This document shows positions 1 through 12,710 of a stretch of 64,000 bases of DNA, piece after piece. Position numbers and translations under genes: made by a program. Numbering within the stretch: the first letter of the stretch is position 1; each line of letters begins with the position of its first letter. The notes beneath the pieces are model-generated. The model had not been told where the DNA came from and searched no databases. It saw only the letters and a program-made list of their open reading frames with translations. The DNA is from Octopus vulgaris (lineage: Eukaryota), in NCBI GenBank assembly GCA_951406725.2, contig OX597822.1:68758001-68822000 (forward strand). Direction: 5' to 3'.

Positions 1-1463
1 GTGATGCACTATGTCTTTGAGCAAAGCACTTCATCTCATACTGCAACAATCAGTTAAAACTGAGTACCAGTGGTAGCTGGTGTGGGGGGGGGGACCCTGC
101 GATGGAATGACATCCCACTCAGGAAACAGTCTTATACTCTCACTTGGCTCATTCTTCTCTTACTATTCTATATATATAAAGCTGAAGTTGTGTGTGTGTG
201 TGGCAGGTTTGGTAGCCTTCAACTAACACTATCTCCTCCAAGACCCAGCGGCGCAAGTTGACCAAAATTGAGAGTATGATAGAAGAAGGCTTGCTTCTTC
301 ATTCCATAGAAGAAAAAATTAAAATCGGACCATGTTAAGACCAAAAATTATTTACATGAGAAATGTACTTTTTTCTATGAAAATCCCTATTTTTTACAAT
401 TTTTTAACTAAGGGTTGCCATTTTTCGGTGTATAACGAATATAGTAAAATAACTTTGTCGATATTATTAAATTAATCTAGGGTCTGGAATATGAATTCAC
501 ATGAATTTTTGATAGAAGGTCTTTAATATGAATCACTTTAAAACAGGATGTTTGTGTCACAGAACCAGAGGCAGTGTCAGGCAGGATGACACCAAAAAGA
601 TTAAAAACATGGAAAATCTGGATAAGTTCTGATTACATACACCTGTAGGCTCAAGGTGAGCCCTTTTAATGTAGAGGGTGGTGTGAATGTTTTCAAAATA
701 GATTTCAATCTGTGTACAAAATTCTTTAGTGCTTTAATTAGTTAAAATAACAAGGTTATTTCAATGCTGGACTATAGCTGTTAATTAGGGGGGAAAAAAC
801 ACAGCTGACACACACAATTTAGCATATTTTCTTTATTATTTTTATTTACGGAAAGAGGCAGCAGTAACCAAAATAGTTGACTGCCAGACTATACAGTCTG
901 TCATGTTTAATCTTGTCGCTTCTGGGTTCAAATTCCTTGAAAGCAAACTTTACTTTCATCAAATGTACCTTTTACCTTCTTATTTCTTTTTTTTTACTTG
1001 TTTTAGTCATTTGACCGTGGCCATGTTGGGGCATCACCTTGAAGAATTTGTAGTCGAATGAATTGACCCCAGACTTAATATCTTGCCAACCCTGGTACTT
1101 ATTCTATCAGTCACTTTTGACGAACCGTTAAGTTATAAAGACATAAACATACCAACACCGGTTGCCAAGCAATGGTGAAGGACAAACAGACACAAAGACA
1201 TACACACACATATACACAATAGGCTTCTTTCAGTTTCTGTCTGCCAAATCCATTCACAATGCTTTGGTCAGCCCAAGGCTGTAGTAGAAGACACTTGCCC
1301 AAGGTGCCACGCAGTGGGACTGAACCAGAGTTGAAAAAGTAAAAAATGAATACCAGTAATATACTGGATCATATACAAGGACAGAAAGGAAACAGGTTGA
1401 CAAACAACCTCTGGCAGCATCCAAAATAAGCATATGATACTTGGATTTTTAAAAAAATTTTAT

Positions 1464-1528
1464 GGAAGAATACGAAGTCGATTTCCTGTTGCCTTCCTTC
1501 AGATATTCTTTAAACCATATTTGATAGC
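1464..1528 (-). pseudogene. Degenerate channel fragment, S2-S3 (Nav/Cav-like)
   Basis: Minus strand reads YG(F)/KEYLKEGNR/IDFVFF with two small frameshifts; cf. AYGFKxYF and YYFQEGWNIFDF. Confidence 0.55.
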
Positions 1529-2473
1529 ATAAAAAATGTCTAGGTATATTAGATGCACCCATATTTTAGTAGCACATATAATAGAGACCCCACTCTGCAC
1601 ACAGGACTGGGGGGGGGGGGTTCTGATATACTTTTAGGGGGAAAAAATGCATTCTATATGCCATCAAATATGGTCAGTGCAGACATGTCCACCTTTGCAA
1701 ACACATGATTTTAGGTCCAATTCTCTGAGGTACCTTGGACAAGCATTTACTACTATAGCCCAGGGCCAATCAATGCCTTGAATGTTGATATTCCACAGCT
1801 TCACTTGTCATTCTCTGAGGGAATCAGTGATATGATGTTCACATTCCTTGTTTACATTATGGCCCATCAGCCTGCACTTTTAAAGACCAGTGGAATCTTA
1901 AAAATTTTCTTACTTGAAAAACAGGTAAGAGTTAGTGACAGGAAGAGCATCCAACCATAAATGATTGCATCAAATGAGTCCCCGTCTAACCCATCTGACA
2001 AGTGAATGAACAAACTGCTTGATACAGACAAATTCCCTGCATTTGTTTGAGCAAAACAAATACCACAGGCATAGCTGTGTGGTTAAGAAGCATGTTTAGC
2101 AACCATGCGGTACTGGGTTCAGTCTCACTGCATGGTAGTTTGGACAAAGGGTTTCTGTGCAGTGTGGTGGATTTATCAACATATTTATCACTATTGATAT
2201 TGGGTTGATACTATATAGGCAATACATGATTGTTAAGGGTGGAGGAATTATGGGATATAGGAACATTGCAGAGCAAATTTTGTAAGGCAGAGATATGAAT
2301 GTGTGTAAATGTGAAGGAAATGTGTGTGATGGGCTTGTTGATGTTTATGTGTGAAAGTGGAAGTTCTTCACAAATTTACACAAGCTAAATGAATAGGGTC
2401 CATGTATGAAAATATGCGCAGAAGATCTGCAACAGATACAATAACTCTGAAGAAATAAACTGATAATATAGAT

Positions 2474-3068
2474 CCGTGGTTCTCAACCATTTTTTATCTA
2501 TAGACCCCTTTGATTACTATTTTATTTTGGTGAGCCCCCCCCCAGCTATTCAGTGTCCAAAATCTAGTTTAATAAATACTTCTTTCAAAATTCCTATTTT
2601 GTTTTTCACAGAATAATTTGTTTTTGGATCTGGTTTGCAAGATTCTTTATATGAGTTCGTGTGTTGAAGCATATTCTGTTGTGTCTAGGGAGAGTCATTT
2701 TCTTTTTGTGCCTTATAATTTAACATACTCACTATTGAAAAGGTTGCAAGACGCAACGAAAATTTTAGGAAAATAAAAATAAGAAATAAATGGAAATTTT
2801 ACCGGTGTGTGTGTTAAATTATAAGGCACAAAAGGAAAATGACTCTCCCCAGACACTACAGAATAATTTATCTCGGTTAAATTCTGTGAACTGTTTGAGA
2901 AAGAGATTTAGCAGTTTCATGCAATAAATATACCTAAATCAAAATTTGTTCACGGACCCTAAATATACTACTGAGCATCCTCAATTTGCTATTTTGCTTG
3001 CATAGACCTTCCTCACCAAATCTTATATGGACCTCCAGGACACATGTGAAGCCAGTTAAGAACCACTG
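2474..3068. mobile_element. Non-autonomous DNA transposon (hAT-like termini) with nested inverted-repeat insert
   Basis: Ends ccgtggttctcaacc ... gttaagaaccactg; internal inverted pair ~2675-2730 / ~2805-2865. Confidence 0.5.
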
Positions 3069-3611
3069 GTAATAAATGAAGAAACACAGCTTATAGTAGT
3101 TTCTAGAAAGAGGAAAACAATTGAAACATATGAAAACTGTTCAACCCTTTTGATACCAAACCACCTAAGACAACTCTGGTTCTATGATACAAACTTTTTA
3201 TTTTAATGCCGCAGACATAGAGAAGTATCTCTTATCTATAGCAGTGAAGCCCCAATGGAGAATATATGTGTTGCTCACAGACAGCTAAAAAATCCCAGAG
3301 ATTCTCTTATGTGCCCTACTCACTATGTAGTGAAATCCTAAAAATGTTTACATGCTTCTTTTAACTGTCCTTATGGGATTCCATAACTATAGATAAGAGA
3401 TGCTTATAAGTGTCTATGGTATACACAGTGTTAAAGTGATGTAGATAAAAAACTGTTGTTCAAGTTCATATTGATTTATTTTTCAAACACCAGCTTAATA
3501 AGGACAAATTTATTTTACTAAATTTTTAATTATTGTCAAAATTATTTGAAACAAAGGGAGAGTATTTCAACAGAAAAATAGTAACCAAAGAATTAAGGAG
3601 CATATACGGTG

Positions 3612-3740
3612 AATTGTGAAAGCAATGAGCCAATGAAAAGACATACACAGTATGAACTAGATTCCAAATATCAGCTGTACATGCAAAAAGCTAGCTATCA
3701 TTTAGAGATTAAGAAAGGTCATTTAGCAGATTACTATACT
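3612..3740 (-). pseudogene. Degenerate channel fragment, DII-S6-like followed by DIII-S5-like
   Basis: One frame reads SIVIC*MTFLNL*MIASFLHVQLIFGI*FILCMSFHWLIAFTI; cf. Nav TVVIGNLVVLNLFLALLL and VCLIFWLIFSI. Confidence 0.5.
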
Positions 3741-3954
3741 TGAACTTATATAAAGTCATACATGTAGTTTAATAGGAATGTCTCAGATGCTTTATTGTTA
3801 CATCTAGTTCAGTACACCTTGGCCAAGATTTGAGCTCAGACTCACAAGTATATCAGCCAACCGTTCGTCAGTTTGGCAATGGTGCTTGATGAATCCTTGC
3901 ATGCAGGCAAGCAAGAATGTGACAGTTGGTATGACAGTTACTTATTTCTTTTTT

Positions 3955-4430
3955 TTTTTTATTTCTTTACTGCCCACAAGGGGCTACACACAGAGAGGAC
4001 AAACAAGGACAGACAAACGGATTAAGTCGATTATATCGACCCCTGTGCGTGACTGGTACTTATTTAATCGACCCCGAAAGGACAAAAGGCAAAGTCGACC
4101 TCGGCGGAATTTGAACTCAGAACGTAGCAGCAGACGAAATACCACTAAGCATTTCGCTCGGCGTGCTAACGTTTATGCCAAGCTCGCCGTATGACAGTTA
4201 CTAGTTAGTTAATAAGGCAGAGAGCTGGTAGAAGTGTTAGCACGCTTGGCGAAATGCTTAGCAGTATTTCGTCTGTCTTTGTGTTCTGAGTTCAAATTCC
4301 GCCAAGGTCAACTTTGTCTTTCATCCTTTCTGGGTCAATAAATTAAGAACCAGTTGCATATTGGGGTCGATCTAATCGACTGGTCCCCTCCCCCAAAATT
4401 TCAGGCCTTGTGCCTAGAGTAGAAAAGTTA
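3955..4430. mobile_element. Head-to-head pair of SINE family B copies (aaggcggcgagctggcagaa... head)
   Basis: Minus copy ~3955-4190 and plus copy ~4213-4425. The same family recurs at ~4725-5150, 16860-17060, 17615-18070, 21142-21990, 41020-41255, 57715-58125 and 59040-59630. Confidence 0.85.
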
Positions 4431-4475
4431 CTAGTTAGTCAACACCAATATGCCTGCTACTACTTACACAGTCAT

Positions 4476-4704
4476 TTGAAGTTTTTCTCGCTTTTGTCAA
4501 AGTGCTTCATGGCAATAAGATTTTAAATGCAAGACAGTCACATGGGTGTATCCAAATAGGAGAAAAAGTACTTGATACAAGTAATAAATAGTGTTTATTT
4601 ATTTGTACTGATAATTCATTTCATAGCAAGTCTGTGTTTCTCTAAATTGTCTGCATCAAGTGATTATTTTCAGATATTCTTGTCAATGTCATGAAAATAC
4701 AACA
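4476..4704 (-). pseudogene. Degenerate channel fragments, S1 and S1-S2 loop
   Basis: CCIFMTLT (cf. NCVFMTL), LFITCIKYFF (cf. LFITLCI) and LIAMKHFDKSEKNF (cf. FMAMEHYxMxE). Confidence 0.5.
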
Positions 4705-5176
4705 GCAACAACAACAATAATAAGCTTTTCTACTAAAGACACAAGGCCTGAAATTTGAAGGCAGGGGACTAGTTGATTACATTGACCCTAGTGTTTCACT
4801 GGTACTTAATTTATCGACCCCGAGAGGATAAAAGTCAAAGTTGACCTCGGTGGAATTTGAACTCAAAACCTAAAGACGGATGAAACGCTGCTAAGCATTT
4901 TGCCTGTTATGCTTAATGGTTCAGCCAACTCACCAAATAATAATAATAATAATAACAATAATTCTTTCTATTAAAGGCACTAAGCCAGAAATTTGGGAGC
5001 AGGGGACTAGTCAATTACATTGACCCCAGTGTTTTACTGGTACTTAATTTATCAACCCCAAAAGGATGAAAAGCAAAGTTGACCTTGGCAGAATTTGAAC
5101 TCAAAACCTAAAGACGGATGAAACGCTGCTAAGCATTTTGCCCGTCGTACCAGCTCGAATAATAACAGCACACGCG

Positions 5177-5241
<65 letters not shown>

Positions 5242-5797
5242 ATACTTCTAAAATCTTTATACATACAGAGCTCACAAATAAATATATAAATAGATAAATG
5301 TATAAAACAATTTCTATAGCATTGCTTTCACCATTTAGCATTAACATCAGTGAAATCCAAAAGACACCCTCAAACTGTCATTTATAAAAGACAAGCCATA
5401 ACCCATCCAGACGGCATATTTTATTTTTGGTAGCTGAAAAGTTAAAACAATTATTGAAAAGAAAAGTAAAGATCAAACTGTTGATGACTAAAAGGAAAAT
5501 GGGACCACAAGGAAAATCTTTTTATTTTAAAGGAGCTGAAATTAAAATTCAATTCAATGAAAACTAGAATTAAAATAACCATATTTTTTTTTATATATGA
5601 CTCAGATCAATTTACAATTGGAACACAAGAACATACTTGGATAAAAGGGCAAAACAAATTGACAGAAAATAAAAATGAGATGAAGAATTTCAGTTGTGTA
5701 AAACAACATTTTTATTATATTTTCATTGTTTTTCTATCATTAAAATATTTTAAAACTAAAGGGCTGATGATGTTTTAGGGAAAAATGAGCCCTTCTG

Positions 5798-5841
<44 letters not shown>

Positions 5842-5849
5842 TGAAAATA

Positions 5850-5957
5850 TCCAATTTCAGCTTGATAACTGGGAAGTCTATACTGTCAGTTGTCCCTGCA
5901 CCAGACACATAATAATAAGTCTGACAAATCACAGGTTCCTGCAAAACACTTTATAGA
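5850..5957 (-). pseudogene. Degenerate Nav DI S2-S3 fragment
   Basis: KVF.../VICQTYYYVSGAGTTDSIDFPVIKL; cf. [29 protein letters not shown]. Confidence 0.45.
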
Positions 5958-8900
5958 ATATAATTAAAATCAAAATATCAGGGATAAAATCCAGTTCATC
6001 CAATGAATTGGAATAAAAACCAGGATCTTCATACTGACTTTGTTTTTAATTAGAGTCAAAATTGCTCAAGATTCTTGCAAAAATATCAAAACTGGAATAA
6101 TTATACATGCTGGTTAGTTGTATGATTAGATGATCGTTAAGACTACAAAGTTCTAATGAAATTCACACACAAAAAAAAAACACTACTTTTCTCTTAGCTA
6201 TAATTCAGAAGATTTACTATGTACTATCGTAAAACATAAAGACCATAGGATTGCACCTAGAAAGTTCCCCTCCTAGACACCTCCTCTCTCCATGCCACCG
6301 ATGTTACCCAAGGGAAAAGCAAAGGCCAAAACTACTTGGCACAAGTGACATCACAACTCATTTCATCACTTTGGGGTTGACAAAATAAAGTACTGGAGCA
6401 ATGTGAAATAAAGTACTGGAGCAATGTGAAATAAAGTGTCTTGCTCAAGAACACAACACACAGCCTAGTCCAGGAATTAAACTCACAACCTCACGATCAT
6501 ATAAGCTCAACGCTCTAACTACTGAGCCATGCACCTTTACCATAAAGCATAGCATTATATTTAATTATATAATCATTTAAGCATTGAATGGTTACAAGGA
6601 AGATTCAACAAATTTTAAGCTCATGTTTCACCATTTTGCAGCAAATTTCAGTATTTAACATTTTAATTTTTTCTTGAGCCCTAGGACTCACAAAGCCTGT
6701 TACCTGGTTTCCATGAAGTATAAGTAACTGAAATCATAACGTTCCCCAGAAAGGGATGCCAGTCTATTGTCAGGGTTCAAGGCCAGGAATTTTGAGGGTA
6801 AGGGACAAGACGATTACATTAATCCCAATACTTGACTGGCACTATATTTTGCCAAACCCAAAGTGATGAAATACAAAGTTGACCTCAGTAGGATTTGAAC
6901 TCAGAACATAAAGATTCAAAAGAAATGTTGCTAAGCATTTCGTCAGACATCCTAACAATTCTGCCAGCTCTCTGCCTACATCATCATCATCATCATTTTT
7001 TATCTGTGTTCCATCCTAGCATGGGCAGGATGGCACCACAAGAGCTGGCCAGGCCAAAGCCTGCACCAGACTTCTGTGACTGGGCTGGATGCCCTTCCTA
7101 ACACCAACCACTCAGCAGAGTGGACTTAATGCTTTTTATGTGGCACAAGCACAGGCGAGGTCAGTTTTAGCAAGGTTTTTTTACAGATGGATGCCCTTCC
7201 AAACACCAACCACTTTACAGTGTGGACTGGGTGCTTTTAAGTGGCACCTGCACTGACAGGGTCACCCAGTACTTGCAAGACAAAAACTTTTAAGAGGGGA
7301 GGAGACTTTGGAGGAGGTGATTCAATACTGCTTGGTCCTTAAACATACAAATTAGCCATAATGTAGTGATATTCATGCATTGCAAAACTCATTTCTAAAG
7401 AAGGATGCATATACAAAGAAATTGAATAAAGTTTAAACTCTTGGAATCAATTTCAGGAATTTTTTAGACTTATTGATTTAGGATAGAAGTCAAAAGAATG
7501 AAGAATGACAAAATTAAATAATGCAAATATCTCCATGATGTAATTACATAACAAAACTGCATGTTTCTGTGTATGTTAATTGAGTAGTCTAACTAAAGAA
7601 AGCTTTTGTTTTTTACAAAGACTGACTCACTGGCTTCATGGCTAGCTCATGGAAAATCAGATAAAGCTTAAAAAATGTTATATTTATTTACAAGTTTGAA
7701 AAGTTGAAAGAAACAAAGCTAAAACCCCCAAAAATGTTCAGTTGTCTACAAAACTTTAAAAGAATTTAATAAGAGATGCCATATTTATTGAGTTATGGGA
7801 GAAAGAGAGAGAGAAAGAATATAGAGATGAAAGTTAAGAATGTTGACACCTATCCTATAGAATTACTAATCACATTGAGAAAGAACAAGACTGACCAGGT
7901 AGGTATGCAAGGAATAGCATTATGCTGATGATGACAATGATGATGATGATAATGGTAATGGTGGTGGTGGTGGTGATGATGATAATTCTAGGCACTAAAA
8001 AATGTCAAGGATTTCTGAATGAAGCTGTTGCATTGATAGTTTAGTTTTCCAATGCAAGTGGAAACATGTAAATCACAGCAGTCACTTTTTGTTTTCCTTC
8101 CTGCTTAAAAATCTGTTTTCCCAAGGTTCTGTCAGCTGGATGAGATTTTCCTAAGTAAATATGCAGATGTTTCGTAGTGGCCACATAAAATTATCAACAC
8201 AATTTCACACCATTATTCCTACTTCTACAGCACTTGAAATTTAAATAGCTGGAAACAAACAATCCCTCATTTCTAATGCTTAAAACAAAACTAAACTAAA
8301 CAAAATAAATAAAATATAAAATAAAACCATACCATTCTATGCTTTCTGAAGATATCTGATTAATCACTAAGCATATAATAGTTCCTCTCATGCAAATATT
8401 ATTAGTTCACAAAAAAAAAACCAAAAGAATTTCTATAAATACAGACCAGTGTATAATTCTTATTTATTTTTCCTTTTTCTAATATTTTATTTAAAAATCA
8501 TTTCACGTTTAATTTTATATGTAAAATAAAATGCGTTGTGTGAGAATATCTTATTCGTTTTAGCAGATGATATAACTTTAAAAAAAAAAAAAATAAGCCC
8601 TCCCCAATTAATCTTTAGAATAAATGCTCAAAGCTATTTCTAAATCAACACCAACACGTTCTATGGCCACATCATTATCCAATCCAAATTTTCAGCATGT
8701 GTCATAATCAATAAACATGCTCAATCAATAAGCTAACAACTATTCTTGCAGCACAAAATTTCAGTAAAAATTAAGGATTGTTAAATACGCCCAAGAGATA
8801 TCATGAAAGAAGATAGATAAATAAAAATCAATACCAACAATACCATTTATACGAGCCAAGCAATAAAAAAAAAAAAGAGAAATATACAAATAAATAAATA

Positions 8901-9217
8901 TGTCAAAGCTGTTATGTGATTAGTCATAAAAAGGTATAAAGATCAGTTCTTGGAAACTACTTCAGGTCACCATAAACCATCCCATGTCAACAGATTTTTA
9001 CTGACTTGGTTTGAATCACCATTTTTTTAAACAATTCTTTGAATCTGCTTTGTGGCATAGATTAAATCCACCTTAATAGTAACTTCAAACAAAACTTAAA
9101 TAATTTTTATATTCACAAAAACAAAAGTGCATAAATATATATATATATATATATATATCTTTAGCAGAAGCAACAGAGTGACTCAAGGAGCAAGAGTTTC
9201 GTGTGTTAAAGAGAATA

Positions 9218-9463
9218 TATGCATGGATGCATGCATGTATGTATGTATGTATGTATGCATGTATGTATGTATGTATGTATGTATGTATGTATGTATGTAT
9301 GTATGTATGTATGTATGTATGTATGTATGTATGTATGTATGTATGTATGCATGTATGTATGTATGCATGCATGAATGTATGTAGGTCATTGTTCAGTTTT
9401 ATTTCAAGATTTCTTGCCAATAAAGTACTGGTTTTTAAACAATGACATACGTACATACATACA

Positions 9464-9494
<31 letters not shown>

Positions 9495-9525
9495 GTATGT
9501 GTGTGTGTATGTAATGTATGTATGA
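9218..9525. repeat. (TATG)n and inverted (CATA)n microsatellites
   Basis: Directly visible; source of the MYVC/HTYI ORFs. Confidence 0.95.
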
Positions 9526-9899
9526 TAGTAAGGCACATTGCCTAACAATGTTAAGCTCACATTCATATTGTAAAGGATTCAATATCTGGTAGGGCAACAC
9601 ATTAAGTCCTTGAGTAAGACGCATTGTTTCATGTTGCTCCAATCAGTTGTGGGTGCAAAGCCCACCTCTCTCTCTTCAGTTATTATATTCTTAGTGTTCT
9701 GTTGGGCTGAGATCAGAAGGCTGAGAGGGATATCTGTGTCCTCTTATGGTCACACAGGCTCCTAAAATAATCAGTGAAAGCATGATACAAGCTACCACAA
9801 CACACTCACTTGTGTGTGATGCCTAAGCATATTGTTTTCATGTATGTATATATGTAAATGGGGGGATTGCACCTAGAAAGTTACCCTCCCAGGCACAAG

Positions 9900-10300
9900 G
9901 TAAATATAGGTAGTAGGTAGCGATTTTCTTCACTACTTCAGGGAGTGATGACCCTGCCTGACACGAGTCCCGAGCTCAGCCGGCTCTGGCTGACAGTACC
10001 TGGTATGGGCCCCTATCCAGGGTTAAGTAAAAAAGGAGACAACCCTCAAAGAAATCCGGAGTGGAGCCCTGTAGGTGGTTTAGTGTTCCACTCAACACTC
10101 TTCCGGCAGCTCCTGGTGCCAAACGTAATGCACTACATCAGCAAGGTTGAAAGAGGAATCCTGACGATTGGGCTACCCACGATTTTCTTACATCTAGCCA
10201 GGCCTGTGCAAAACTGGAGAGGACATGAAATGTAAAACCCAGACTGGATTAGTTTTTGTGCAATTCCATTGTCTCCCGAGACAAAAGGATGCCAACAACA
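9900..10300 (+). mobile_element. Probable 5' region of an RTE-like non-LTR retrotransposon
   Basis: GC-rich island (ggagtggagccc, ccggcagctcctg, ggagaggaca) resembling RTE 5' UTRs as recalled; small internal hairpins. Confidence 0.4.
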
Positions 10301-10984
10301 TATGTAAATATATAAGTGTATGTATGTATATATATACATATATATAAGTGAAGGCACATGGCTCAGTGGTTAGGGGTATTGTGCACATGATTACAAAATT
10401 GCAGTCTTGATTCCCAGATTAGTTGGTGCAAAATGCTTAAACTTTTGTTGTTCCAGGTCATTCACTTATAAAATGAGTAACCATGCGATGGGGCGGTGTC
10501 CTGTTCGAGGGCAATGTGATCTTGGTCATTTACACACCATGGTAATTGAATAACCAATCCTACAAGTTCTGAAACTCAGGATGGTAATGTGTGGAGAAGA
10601 CGGGGGCTTACTGCATGTATGTGTGTGTGTGTATAAGGGAAACAGACAGAGACAGAAATTATGAATATAAATGTTGCCAAATTGTTACAGTAAATCCAAA
10701 GAGAAAAAGAGAAAAAAAAATTATTGCTACAATACAAAGGAGAAAAAGAACATTATCATATTTTTAAAAATTATTCATTTTTAATTGTAAATAATTTCCC
10801 CAAAATATCATCTACAATATATTAGTCACCATGCATTAGTTTCTTTTTTTTTTGTCTTTTCATAGCTACACTATAACCATAAAAAATTAGATTAGACTCT
10901 ACAGTTTAATGCATGCATGTTATGTCACACAAATGCCATCTACCACACAGAATAAATTACCATCTTAACAAAAAAAAAAAAAAG

Positions 10985-11155
10985 ACATATGTAATGGATA
11001 TGTTTACAAGACAGAACAACCTAATATATCAAAGTGCTATGAAAACAAACTTGTAGACATACATGATAAAAGTTTAGTGTAAGTACGCCATATGAGTAAA
11101 TGTTGCTAAACAGGATATCCAGTAAATATCATTATTATAATTCTTTACAGATTCT

Positions 11156-11160
<5 letters not shown>
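10985..11160 (-). pseudogene. Degenerate Nav DI S4-S5 linker/S5 fragment
   Basis: VQESVKNYNNDIYWISCLATFTHMA; cf. insect para [26 protein letters not shown]. Confidence 0.65.
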
Positions 11161-11221
<61 letters not shown>

Positions 11222-11234
11222 GTATGTATGAGTA

Positions 11235-11805
11235 CCCCTCATTCATTGGACAATGAACTTTGATTGCGAAGACCTATTGAGGCAAGTTTAAGGAAATCAA
11301 AATCGCTGACATGGCCGATGACAGTACCGCCTGATTGGCACTCGTGCCAGTGGGATGTTAAAAGCACATCCAAGCGTGATCGTTGCCAGAGCCACAGATT
11401 GGCTCCCGTGCCGGTGACACATGAAAAGCACCATTCGACCATGAATGTTGCCAGTGTCGCTTTACCAGCACATGTGCCGGTGGCACGTGAAAATCAGCAT
11501 TCAAGCATGGTCGTTGCCAGTGCCGCTGGACTGGCTCCCATGCAGGTAGCATGTAAAAACACTTTTTGAGAATGGTCGTTGCCAGAACTGCCTGACTGGC
11601 CCTCGTGCCGGTGGCACGTAAAAGCACCCACTACACTCTCGAAGTGGTTGCTGTTAGGAAGGGCATCCAGCTGTAGAAGCTGTACCAGATCAGATTGAGC
11701 CTGGTGCAGCCTCTGGCTCACTAGTCCTCAGTCAAACCGTCCAACCCATGCCAGCATAGAAAGCGGACATTAAACGATGATGATGATGAGGATGATGATG
11801 ATGAT
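11235..11805 (+). mobile_element. SINE/RTE-tail element with internal ~58-bp tandem units and (GAT)n tail
   Basis: Repeated cgttgccag...gtgccggtggcacgtaaaagcacc units; 3' end aaaccgtccaacccatgccagcat...gatgatgat shared with 22480-22690, 33925-34128 and others. Confidence 0.8.
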
Positions 11806-12065
11806 ATATATATATAGAGAGAGAGAGAGAGTAGCTACATATATGGATCAGTTAATGGTGGCAAGAGGATCTGTTTGAAAAAGGAAAACAGGCTATAACT
11901 ATATAAGTCCCTTGGTATTATGTGTAAGTATTTTCTTTGAAAAAAAAAACATAATAAAATAACAGACAATATTTCATACATAAACTGCTGCAGCAGAATT
12001 TTTCTTTGCTGATTGTGAAATCTAAGGTATCAAGGTTTTCAAATGGATTTTACACCTCTCCCTCT

Positions 12066-12117
<52 letters not shown>

Positions 12118-12377
12118 AAAGTCTTTATCAATAAATTTAGCATGCAAGTAGGGACACATCAGGGCCCGGTTTTCAGTCTCTTCTTATTCATTATAATTAT
12201 AGTCCTCCACGCTATATCAGACAAGGTTCAAAACCACTTGTCTTGTAGGAACTCCTGTATGCTGACAGCTTAGTTTTTATAAGAAATTCTTTTTGATTTT
12301 AGAGAAGAAATTCCAGGTGTGGAAGCAAAACCTGGAATTAAAAAGCTTTAAACATAAACTTAACATAGTCTTAGTAA

Positions 12378-12675
12378 GTAAGAAAGAAGATGGGATGTTG
12401 CTTTCATTGAGGATATGACTGTGCTCAGCACTCAGAAAAACTAACTATATAACCTATGTGATTAAAATATGCACAAGGGGGGTAAAAGAGTAGGAGCACA
12501 GGCAGTTAACATAGAAGATAACCTTCATATGCAGCAAGTGCACAAGAGCAATAAGCAGTAAGAGCACATGGGAAATAGTTAGCAACATGTGGTTCTGAAG
12601 AAGACCAAACCAGCTATGCATGATGAAACATGTGGAAATGAAGGCAATGATGGAAACTTGAGATACATGATACAT
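12378..12675 (-). pseudogene. Degenerate channel fragments (DIII pre-S1, S1, S4-S5 linker)
   Basis: STCFIMHSWFG (cf. [13 protein letters not shown]), VIFYVNCL (cf. TILVNCI) and VLSTVISSMKATSHLL (cf. DII S4-S5 linker). Confidence 0.5.
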
Positions 12676-12710
12676 GGAGTGCAGGTATGAGTGTGTGGAT
12701 AAGGCTTCAT

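Noticed and set aside
9085-9642. Long ORFs (185 aa here; also 19592-20095 and 54876-55321)
   Set aside because: Translations of micro- or minisatellites.
9940-10025. HDV-like or hammerhead ribozyme in the LINE-like 5' region
   Set aside because: Only isolated hairpins; I could not build the pseudoknot or catalytic core.
11330-11630. CRISPR-like repeat/spacer pattern
   Set aside because: Eukaryotic context; whole units are tandem repeats inside a SINE, without unique spacers.
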